Assembly: GCF_026571515.1 (NCBI RefSeq)
Contig: NW_026864475.1
Coordinates: 1 to 64,000 of the forward strand
Source of the DNA: Ruditapes philippinarum
Lineage: Eukaryota
DNA: 64,000 nt
Reading direction: 5' to 3'
Shown here: piece by piece, positions 53,778 to 64,000 of the stretch
How the letters are laid out: every line of letters starts with the position of its first letter
Position numbering within the stretch: the stretch's first letter is position 1
Program-made: the position numbers and the translations under genes
Notes under the pieces: generated by a model
What the model saw: the letters and a program-made list of their open reading frames with translations, nothing else
What the model was told of the DNA's origin: nothing
Databases searched by the model: none

Positions 53778-54100
53778 GCTATCCGGAAACTACAAAGATG
53801 TCGGACAGACGAAAGCCTTATTTAGCCCGTTTCAAAAACAGGATACATTCAAAGTTACACCATTGGGTTTGTAAAGGAAGATATGTAAGAGGAATGTGCG
53901 TGTTAAGTATAGGCGACCTGCCACTGCTGGCAAAACGCCCTGAATTGTTTGCCAACAAATTTCATCTGGAGGACGAACCGGTTACGATTGGTTGCCTGGA
54001 AGAACTGATGTTTAATCGCACACGTGATGAATATCTGGGAAAGCGAACTTTTGATACGAAATGGCATTCAATGCTCGGTTTTGTTCTTGGCAAATTATAA
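53778..54100 (+). CDS. GT14 GCNT-like copy 3, exon 3
   Basis: tactaat branch site and aacag acceptor; CKGRYVRGMC; ELFANKF; CLEELMFNRT. Confidence 0.92.
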
Positions 54101-55304
54101 TATACATGTATCTAAATGTTTTAATTGCTTTTTTAAATTAATTTACATTCATAAATGGTATCAAACGTAATTAAACTATAACAAATTTTATAGTCAGATA
54201 AATTAAAGGGAGAGAAATAAATGATTCCACTTCATAAAAATGTATATCAGTTGGTACATTGTAAGTCATTTTATGATTTCATACTTTTCTTTCAAATATT
54301 TTAAGATCAGACGCTTTCTCATATGATTGCTATCCGAACACGCCGGATTCTACAAACATGCTAAATACAGCCCAAAAGATAAAATCTCTGCCTTCGTTTT
54401 CGTTAAGCAAAACACTCGAACCAAATACTTAGATAAACGAAAGCAGTGTACCCTAACTTACAAGTGTATACAATTCAATGTTTACCATGTCATGCATAGG
54501 AAGCACATGCTACTTCCGGTCGTTGTAACTTTCTTGGGCGCCTACATAATACAACTTTTGCTTTTCTTTCAATAACAGTACAATAGTTTATTCACTGTCT
54601 TTTCAGTACGTCCAGTACTTTGATTTTGCAAAATATAAACAACTTAGTCTATTAATTCTCTTTCCAATTTCATAGACGGTGTTTTATATACATGTATTTG
54701 CATTTTAAAAAGTCGTTTCATTTACGTTGTTTGAAATAAGAATATTTACTTTCTAAAAACAAGAACAAATATTGCAAAGTAAAGGGAAATAAAACGTCAA
54801 CATTATATTGAATACCTGACGATATTTATTGATTGTTTCCCCTGAACTGTAAGTAAATAATATAAAACGTTCGTCTTGGTACAAACGGGGAAAGTCTATC
54901 CATTATGTATTATATGTTATAAAATGTGTTTTTTTTTTATTTTTGTGCAAATTTAGTAAAGATATGGAAGATAGATATGGAAATTGAGCCAGGAGGAAGT
55001 CTTGCTAAGCACGGAGGCAACACGAATGAATACTGAAACGAAGTCTCTCTGTTCCTATCGTTTGTCTAAAAAATTCTTTTCTACACAAAATATTCCATAA
55101 CAGTGGTTCTTCAACAGAAAAAGCAGACTCAGTCTAAAACTACGCTGATACATGTATATGACAGGTAAAATTACATGTCTAAAGCATGTTCAGTCTAAAG
55201 CAGGCTAAGTTTGAATCTACACTAATACATAACCAGATAAACTTACATGTCCAAAGCAGGATCACTCTAAACTTACACTGATAGTTGTTGGGAAATAGTT
55301 TTAT

Positions 55305-55458
55305 TTGTTTGTTTGTTTGTTTGTTTCATTTTACGCCTTTTCCCAACAGTATTTCAGTCATATAGGCGGGTAGTTTTCTAACCATCGTTCCTGGAAAGTT
55401 ACACCAGTACTCGACTACCTTCGTCCGCGCTAAACTATCAAAGCATCTCCCGGGGATC
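55305..55458 (-). mobile_element. 5'-truncated SINE family B with 15-bp TSD
   Basis: (CAAA)n tail, body homologous to 35652-35860; TSD gggaaatagttttat at 55290-55304 and 55459-55473. Confidence 0.8.
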
Positions 55459-58400
55459 GGGAAATAGTTTTATAACGTTCGAATAATCTCAGTGTTCATT
55501 GGTTTATAATCATGTCACAATTAAGATAGACTAAACATTGTAATCGTGACAAAATATTTCCATTATTACAGAACAGAAAAAGAGGAAAATATATTTCCCG
55601 CGTTTAGAATGACTGCATTTACGCTTTTGTCTAATTATTTCTATTCCATTGCCATTAGTTGCTGGTTCTTATTTCTGTAATAACTAACCGTACAATTATC
55701 AATATTGCATGTTAGAAAAGGTTTGAATTATTGTTATATCATATTACCTCAATTTTCCCAAGAAATATAATGTCATAATGTAAAAGGACGTGGTGAAAAC
55801 TGAGGGAAATATCTTTTTTCCCCATTGTATTGTTATAACGAATGATTCGATATCCCAGCTGAGCTTTAATATAGGATTATAAACGATTACTTTACAATGA
55901 ATGCGTTGAGGATTGTTGGGTACATTTCAACAAGATAAAAGGCTTTCAATCCAGAGATATGTCTGATTAAAACAAATATAAAACATATATTTATGATAGA
56001 CACTTAAACAGATATAAATAAAATGAAAAATGAAAAATAAATAAATAAACAAATAAAAAATGACAATGTCATTATTTGTATGAAATCCTAATGTATATCC
56101 ATTCTTGGAAGAGGTGGATTCCCATCACGTAGACGTATAAATAAGTTGAAATGAATAAAAATATTATTTCCGGTGTTGTGACTACCACAAAGGCATTTCT
56201 ACTAAGGATTTCCCGCTTAACAAAGGCGATTAATGACCGAGGGCGAAACGTCTGGTATATGGTCTAGTCCGGTAAATGATCTAATTCCAGCACAATCCTT
56301 TCCCCTAAAATCCAACCATATGTTCTTATTTTGTGACTTGATATAACTACGCTTGGTTTAAACAGTATTTATTTCATATAATGCAAACATATACAATTAT
56401 GATACAACAACATTATATAAACAGGATTAAAAAGGAAGTCAAAGACTTATGTAGATTTCTTTCCTGTAAATTGTAAAAATAAAGCAAATTGCAATGTAAC
56501 AACACGTACTTGTAAGTATACTAGCTACTAACATGAAATAATTATATTATTACGCCTAGAAAGAGTGAGATAAGTAATGAAAATACAACAAACGACGAAA
56601 AAATGAGAATTACAACAAATGTGCGATTATATATAAAGAGGGTACGGAAGGGGAAAAAAAGCTCGATCTTTAGTCTGAACAAATAGTTTGAACTTTTTGA
56701 TGAGAACACTCAAGAATTATAGTAAAGAAGAAACATATATAGAAGGATAGTTATAGAACTCAGAGAACGAGAAGTGGCCATTGTCTTTGATTGGGATGAT
56801 AGGTCAGTTTTGCACAGCAAATATCTGTGATAATTTTTATATAAGAAAAGGAAATTTTACTTATGTGTCAATATAAATTATTTGAATTATTTTTGTGGTT
56901 ATCGGGAGTATTTAAATCCTGGATATAAGACCTAGTATCTTATTATTATTGTTAAATAAGAGACAAATTATAAATCATAATAATATAGTATAGGATGAAT
57001 TAAAAGAATGTTGAATTATGAAAGCACGTGATAAACGCTCGTAAGTACACCATTTATATTGTTTATGAATTATGTAAGGAGTTAGGCAAGACAAAACCGC
57101 TGTGTGCTAGAGATATATTCATGTACAAGATCAAATATTTTGGCATTTGTTTCATCGCTGAGACCTCTATAACTACGCTTAATTTAAAAAAAAATCTACT
57201 AGACATTTTTTAAATAAATGATGCGTTTTAGATTACACAAATGAAACGAATCGGTTTCAGAGCATATCTGCAAACAAACATTTTTTAAGAATTATTGTAT
57301 AGCAAACGAACTCGATTCTGGTAACATGACGTTTTACAGCAGATTTTAGTATAATAATGATTCATAAATCTATTTGTCAATCAAATATCTTCGGATCCTG
57401 TAAGCGAAATAACAAAACGGTAACATTTATGAAATGTTACACCACGAAAAGCTGTAATCATTCACTTATCCAAATTAACCTGCTTCAGGAAGAACAGGGA
57501 TGTGCGTGCGTGAAAATGCCAGAACAGATTTTTGTTCCGTTGGCTTTGACATTTTATTCCAAGGCCTAAATGAAAAGCTTTCTTCTTCTTGGCGATAACT
57601 GGCATGACAACAATACATTAATACATTTAGTCCATATAGATTGTGAATTAATCTCTGTAAAAATCACGATCCATTTGTTTATTACGATAAACGATTAAAA
57701 TATCGTATGACTAGAAATGCACTTTTAAAACATTAAAGTATTCTCGACTTTCAGCAGAATGAAAAATATCCATTAAAGAATTATGTTTTTAAACCAGAAA
57801 TAAAATCAGATGTTTCATTTTGAGCTTATTTAGAACCTGTTAATCTACTGCAAAAGAAAAGAGATAAACTACAAAATATTAAAACTGACGGTCTCACATT
57901 TACCAAGTTGATTAAAAGTAAAATCAAAAGACCAAATACTTAAATACATGTACAAACGTTATTGACTTTTGCAGCAGATATATAGCTAAATAAGTAAAGT
58001 CTTTTTCTTTTTATCTCCAGCCAATATATATCATACAGAATATTAAAATTATATATAAAGAAGAAAACAATTTAAATTGAAGTCTTGTCTTTAACATTTG
58101 CACATTTATAAATAATTTGTTCACAAATTCTTAAGGAGAAAGTTTTTAATTGGCCTTTGAAACTGTACCTAACGACTTTTTATTTGCCATGTTTATGAAA
58201 CAAAAGTGGATACAGTATAAGTATTGTTTCAGCCAATTCCGTTTAAATCAGTAATTGTTTTTAGCCTCTCCTATTGTATGGATACATGAATGCAAATATT
58301 CATTATTTATTGTTGATAACTTCTCTTGTTTATTCTTTTCTCGAGCAGATGATCTATTTTCATCAGCTTTTGTGTTTTGAAATTCAAATTTGAATACATA

Positions 58401-59599
58401 TACATGCAATTTCTCCGTAATAAGTGGCGTCTCATTGCTGTGAGAAAGCAAATATCACAATAGAGTACTGGAGCAATCCATAAGGATTGCAATTGTCGCC
58501 AAAATTAAACAACCGCGAATACTGCTGCGTATAAGTACTATGGTCAAAGACACATGTAACAATATGAGGAAAGTATCAATTTTAAATGCAAGTGTAATAT
58601 CGCACAAGGTGCTACTTTTAAAATTGTGACAGAAGATTGTTTGCGTTCGTTTTGACATTTAAAACTATTGATTGCTGAATTCTTTTCAGTAGAAATTATT
58701 TTCGCAATGCAACATTGAGCGTTTCTCAGATTTTAACAATTGTTTTATCACTTTCTATTTCTATATTAGTATTCGATTTGGTAACTTTAGTGGTATTTCA
58801 TGATTCACATTGTAATGGATATCTAAAGTATATTGGTCTGCAATGAACACATTTTCCACAAGTACTTCAAATATTGACAAAACAATAGAAATGTATGAGT
58901 TTGGACATTCTGATAAAAATTTGTTCTCAAAAAATGTTGCTAGCGTACACAGTGATTTAGTATGAACATTTATATGATAAATAAGAATATTTTGTTCTTA
59001 CTAGAACAATTAATATTTACTATACATTGATATGTAGATCTGATCATATCTTTCACACTTACAACAGCATCCATATATGATTCTTTTGTGGTTGTTGCAA
59101 TATATGATACTAGACTACCATCATAATTATTTACAGAATGACAGACCTTCTATTATGGGGACACATTCATACATGCCTCCGGATGAGCCAATATATTTTA
59201 AGAAAATCAAACTTGAAATAAAGTATTAAGAATTTGAGAAACTTGAAAAGATTAAAGATACAAGTAATAATTTACATTTAACGTGCGATAAATGACTGGT
59301 TTTGTAGTGTTTATCATCAAATTTCTACTTCGTGACTAAGGCAGTAAGGGTCATTTTTTGCATGCAATGTGTACATAATTTTCTTTGCTCCCTTCACAAC
59401 CTTGAAAATGCCTATATGTGGTGCAAACAGAATGCAATGATGCTAAATGCAAAGAAATGAAATGAATGAACCTATCATCCAATAAAAATGAACAACAATT
59501 ATATGACTGAAATACTGTTGGGAAAAGGCGTCAAATGAAACAAACAAACAACTACTACAACCACTACACCTGCAAGAACATTAAATTGAATTTACTGAA

Positions 59600-60470
59600 A
59601 CTGAAAAGTTATTAGGTGTTCATGTTGACAATAACTCTAAGTGGAACATCCAAGTAGAAAAGACGTAAATCAAATGCAATACTCAGTTGTACCTTCTTCT
59701 TAGAATAAAACAATACCTTGATGTAAATGCATGAAAACTGTTCTTAAATGCTTATATCTTACCACATATAGATTATTGTTCTACAGTCTGTGGAAACTGT
59801 AGCAATGAACATATTTTAGATATAACAAAATTTCAAAAAGAGCTGCAAGAATCAGTCTCGACAAAAGTTATGATGCTCCATCTAAAATTGGATAACATTT
59901 GATACAAAATTGATAAAAATAAGATACAAAAAGCTGTCATTATGTATAAATCTTAAAGCAATGATTTATTTACAAAGTAAATGAAAAACAAATTTCAATG
60001 TATTCACCAAAGGCATGAGCGTAACTTGAGGTCAGCAAAAAATTCAGATTTATTTCTACCTCAACCAAAAAAAGAAATTTTATAAAATCTCTGACTTACT
60101 CGGGCCCCAAACTATGGAAAAATATCCCTCTCTCCATTCATAAATCTGAAACTATTGGAAAATTCCAATCATCATAATCAAATGTAATTTCTCATAAGTA
60201 CCTTGATCTTGCATATATTTAGTGTAAAGTAATTTATGTTCATGCATTGTATTTTGAATATGTGTAGTGTTTCAAATCTGCATTGTTTTTGTAAAGTAAT
60301 ATTTAATATTTTGTGTTTTCATGTATATATATATATTGAATGTTTCATAGTATAACCATGATGTAAATTATGAATATTTTCTAAATTATGTATGTGAGGC
60401 CCACATGGAAGATTGGGTAACCAAATATGTAGCCTCAATAAATCAAGTCTTTACTTTATTACTTTAAATA
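59600..60470 (+). mobile_element. 3' remnant of a CR1/L2-like LINE (degenerate ORF2 C-terminus and 3' UTR)
   Basis: EKLLGVHVDNNSKW...LFLNAYILPHIDYCSTV and a QKRAARI-like motif with stops and frameshifts; aataaa plus a repetitive tail. Confidence 0.8.
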
Positions 60471-61044
60471 TTTTACTTTTAGATACATCTCCAAAATGTT
60501 CATGAAAATAAGCATGGCTATTAAAGCTAAAAAAACGTTTAACAATAAATTTTCGGGCTCATTAAATGATATAAATCAAGTGGCGTGAAAATTATTTTTA
60601 TATGTTTATGCTTCATTTGGCAGGAATAATTGTGGATAATGTCATACGGGAAGCTGGCTTTATTGATAGCGAGAATTAGCGCTCTAACAGTGCTTTGAAA
60701 TATGAAACCTTATATCTCAAACCTTGTATACAGTTTCATAATTATAGATGATACAACATCTCAATGTTTATTATCATATCGCATGACTAGATTCTTGTTA
60801 TATGAAACTTCATTTTTAAGTACATGTACGTGGGCATATTCTAATTAGTGACAACAACTCAATTATAACCCTGATTTGCAGGTGAACGTACATGTATAAT
60901 ACACTTTTGGAAAGATTATTGATTTTTTTAACCAACAGTCTATTTTCGCACGATTTGCACGTGCAATAAAATTTTAAGCAGGATTCAAGTGGTGAGGGGC
61001 AAATAGTTTGAAATCATCAGCTTTTAATCACTCTATGTTGTTTG

Positions 61045-61927
61045 AAAAGATAGTAGATGAAGATGCAAGATACACAGTGGAGGAGATAAATGATATACCA
61101 AGCCTTAATGCATCATAAGTGTTTTCCATCTGGAAAGCAAAGTTGAAGTTAAGGAAAGTGTGCGCCCGTAGAATCCCGCATTTGCTAACTCCTGACCAGA
61201 AAAGGGAGCGGGTTGAAAAAGTCTCGGCCTTATTGACTAGGTTCCAAGATGAGGGAAATTGTCTCAGGGGATGAAACGTGACTTTTCTTTTGAGCCCAAC
61301 AATTAAGTCAGTAATAAAATGCGGGAAAGTGAAAACAGCGATCGCCCAGCTGTTGCTCGACATAGCTGAAGCGTTAAAAGAGTTATGTACGCTCTATTTT
61401 TTGGCAGTGATGGAATAGTGGCCCTTGTCACGGTGTCTGAGTGAGGAAGTGCCACTGGAACATTTTACCGTGACCATGTTCTAACTGTTGTAGTTAATCA
61501 CTACCTTTCAAAAAACCGTAGATACGGGATGCGCAGGTTCAAATAACTACATGTTGATGCACCTGAGCACCGGTCGGCCTTAGTTCAATCTTTTTTAGAG
61601 GAGCAAAGAATTGAGGTTTTGCTAAATCCCGCTTATAGCCTTGACCTCTCTCCTTGTGACGTTTGTTTATATCCATACATTAAATCTTGTCTTCGTGGTC
61701 GCGGGTTCGAAACCGGTAGTGCCGTATGAAGCGCTCTAAACCAATGCTTATACATTAAACCCAAAGAACAGTTCAAAAATACTTTTTTGGAATGGATTCT
61801 GAGGCTGGAAAAGTGTGTAGAGGTCCATGGTGAATATTTTGAAGCACCCAACTAATCATTTTTCACAGATATGACTAATTTATAAAAACGCACTGCCGTT
61901 GCCACTAATCAAAATATGCCTCTCGTA
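61045..61927 (+). pseudogene. Degenerate mariner transposase remnant with 3' TIR
   Basis: DARYTVEEI; LRKVCARRIPHLLT (WVPHEL-like); SGDET; LLHVDAPEH; PAYSLDLSPCD (YSPDLAP-like); several stops; ends ...ctctcg|ta. Confidence 0.88.
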
Positions 61928-62149
61928 TAGTGTTTGAAATTAATATGTTTGTGATTTTCAAATATAAAGAGATATTCTAATAAAACATTATTTGTTATAG
62001 TTAAAAGACATTTGATCATTAATAAACTATATTAGTTTGTTTTAATAATCTCTTTAAGACATAAATAAATAAGAATAAAGTAGAAAATCATGAAAGAAAT
62101 CACATGATTCAAATGTTGAGCCATCCCCGATTGGACATGTAATTATTTC

Positions 62150-62290
62150 GAACACGAGCGGGCACCTGAGTACAACCACCGACTTTCCGTATGCAAGCTG
62201 CAGTTTCTTTACAATATAGAGTCTAAAATCCCCCGCGGGATTCAAGTGGTGAATGGCAAATGGTTAAAAGTCAACAACATTCATCACTAT
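62150..62290 (-). mobile_element. Degenerate SINE fragment (22 kb family)
   Basis: cacgagcgggcacctgagtacaaccaccgac...gtcaacaac matches 22145-22290. Confidence 0.6.
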
Positions 62291-62974
62291 ATGATGTTTG
62301 TAAGATGATATATACAGACCTGGCCGTGTAATGTTCTCTATAGTTAAATCAACTTTAATACAAGTCAATAATTTACAGCAGTACATGTCCATTTAAATAA
62401 GTTACAGAAAAATTTATTATTCGTGATTTCATACTGGATACAAGACAAACCAGCTTGAGTTTAAGATCAATTTCTTTGAGAATATCATAACTTTAAAGAT
62501 CCTCTAACACAATTTTTTTTATGGTTTTATATCATAAATATGATGTTAAAATTAAGATTTATCAATTTTGTAAGTTCCAAAAAGCATTATTAATAAAGAT
62601 ATTACCGAATTTAACATTTCATGTAAATAAAGGGAGGCAATGAAAATATTTTCTAGAAACTGTCAAATTTTTCGATAAGAAATGAATGCTATATTTTAAT
62701 GATTTCATATAATATGTACAAATATTTGCAGTCCTGAACTATTATCATCAATTACCTCCTATGAACATACTCAAGTATTTAATAATTGATTTTGCTTTTA
62801 TTGCTCTCTATTTCCATATTTCCCTAATATCAAAAATAGAGTTTAACAACATTGAAAGTTTGTTGAAGTAGTTTAATAATTTACTTTTTCAAATTCAAAC
62901 ATTACGGTTAATATCATCAATCGGGTTTAGAAATAAATTTATATTAAATTATGCCCTGAGGACCCCTGAGGTTA

Positions 62975-63105
62975 CCCGAGTCGAACCACCGACGTTCCGT
63001 AAGATAGCTTCCTCACATGAAAGAATCCAAAGTCCCTGTCAGGATTCGAACCAAAAGCGTTGAGGGGCAATTGTTTGAAGTTAATGACCTTAACCACTTG
63101 GTCAC
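62975..63105 (-). mobile_element. SINE 5' fragment (22 kb family)
   Basis: gaaccaccgacgttccgtaag...cttcctcacatgaaagaatccaaagtccctgtcaggattcgaacc. Confidence 0.75.
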
Positions 63106-63629
63106 TAGATATTCGTTATTTTGATGAAATTGTAATGAAATACTTTGCAATAGATAATAAACATTCGCTGAAAATGTGTATAGCATTTTTATACTTTATT
63201 ATTTGTAATTATATAGTAATCGAGAAAAGAAATTACCTCTAAATTATCAAAACACTTAATATAATTACATAATTGCACAAATGTAATAACTCTGTATTTA
63301 CCAATGGTCATGCCTTTAAATGCATCCGAGGGCGGATATACTATGGAGTCATATTTACGATATTTAAACCTTTGAAATCTTAGTGTTTTGCAAATAAATA
63401 ATTCTTAAGGAATATCACTCTCCAGAGAGCTTTGTCCATTGCGTCATACCGAATGTAGTTCCCAGAAGATTTATCCATCAACAGCAATCATAAGCATCAC
63501 AGGGGATGTCACGCTATAACGAATATAGCTACCCGTAATAAAATTGGTTTGATATAAACAGCGTCGTTTCTAAGAAAATATTGACTTGCAATTTAGATAA
63601 GTATTATTTAGTAAAAGTGCTATGAATGC

Positions 63630-63890
63630 CTACATCATAGTTATCATCGTATTCGTCATCATCATCATCATGATTATAAAACGCTTTACAACCACTACCT
63701 TCATCATTTTCGTCATCAACATCATCACTCTTTAAAAATCATCATTACGTCTTTCGTCATTATATCGCTATCAATATCATCATGATTAACATCATCACAT
63801 TTATTATAATCATCAAAATCATTATTTTCTTAAAATCATTCCTTCCGTCTTTTGTGCCATCATCACATCCCGTGTAGCCATCATCAGATA
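63630..63890. repeat. Degenerate (CAT)n microsatellite
   Basis: Repeated catcat runs. Confidence 0.75.
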
Positions 63891-64000
63891 TACAGTTATA
63901 CATTGGTCATATGGTTAGCGAGGCATTGGTCCGGCAATGCGGATATACATTGTTCCGGTGGTTCGCGGGACATTGACCGGCTATGCGCATCTACATTGGT

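Noticed and set aside
63900-64000. GC-richer repeated cattggtccgg-like motif at the window end
   Set aside because: Truncated by the window edge and too short to classify

Overview
AT-rich, intron-containing eukaryotic genomic DNA. The repeat repertoire (Helentron/HINE-type elements, tRNA-derived SINEs, palindromic MITEs) suggests a bivalve mollusc; this is inference, not a database match. The coding core is a same-strand cluster of five Golgi type II glycosyltransferase genes at about 32.1-54.1 kb: two single-coding-exon GT31 (beta-1,3-galactosyltransferase-like) genes, then three 3-exon GT14 (core-2/I-branching beta-1,6-GlcNAc-transferase, GCNT-like) paralogues with identical intron positions. 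Both GT31 ORFs are interrupted by homopolymer-scrambled stretches that look like assembly errors. The GT14 paralogues share unusual active-site substitutions, and copy 1 has altered both basic UDP-binding residues. The rest is a dense, nested transposon landscape. It includes a degenerate two-gene PIF/Harbinger element (DDE transposase plus a hidden, divergently oriented spliced Myb/SANT gene), a 1.35-kb foldback with an 8-bp TSD inside a Helentron-like element, hAT-like elements with 5- and 6-bp TSDs, and Kolobok-, Sola- and Mutator-like MITEs. It also contains SINEs, CR1-like LINE and mariner remnants, minisatellites and two N-gaps. No prokaryotic systems, CRISPR arrays or true rRNA/tRNA genes were found.
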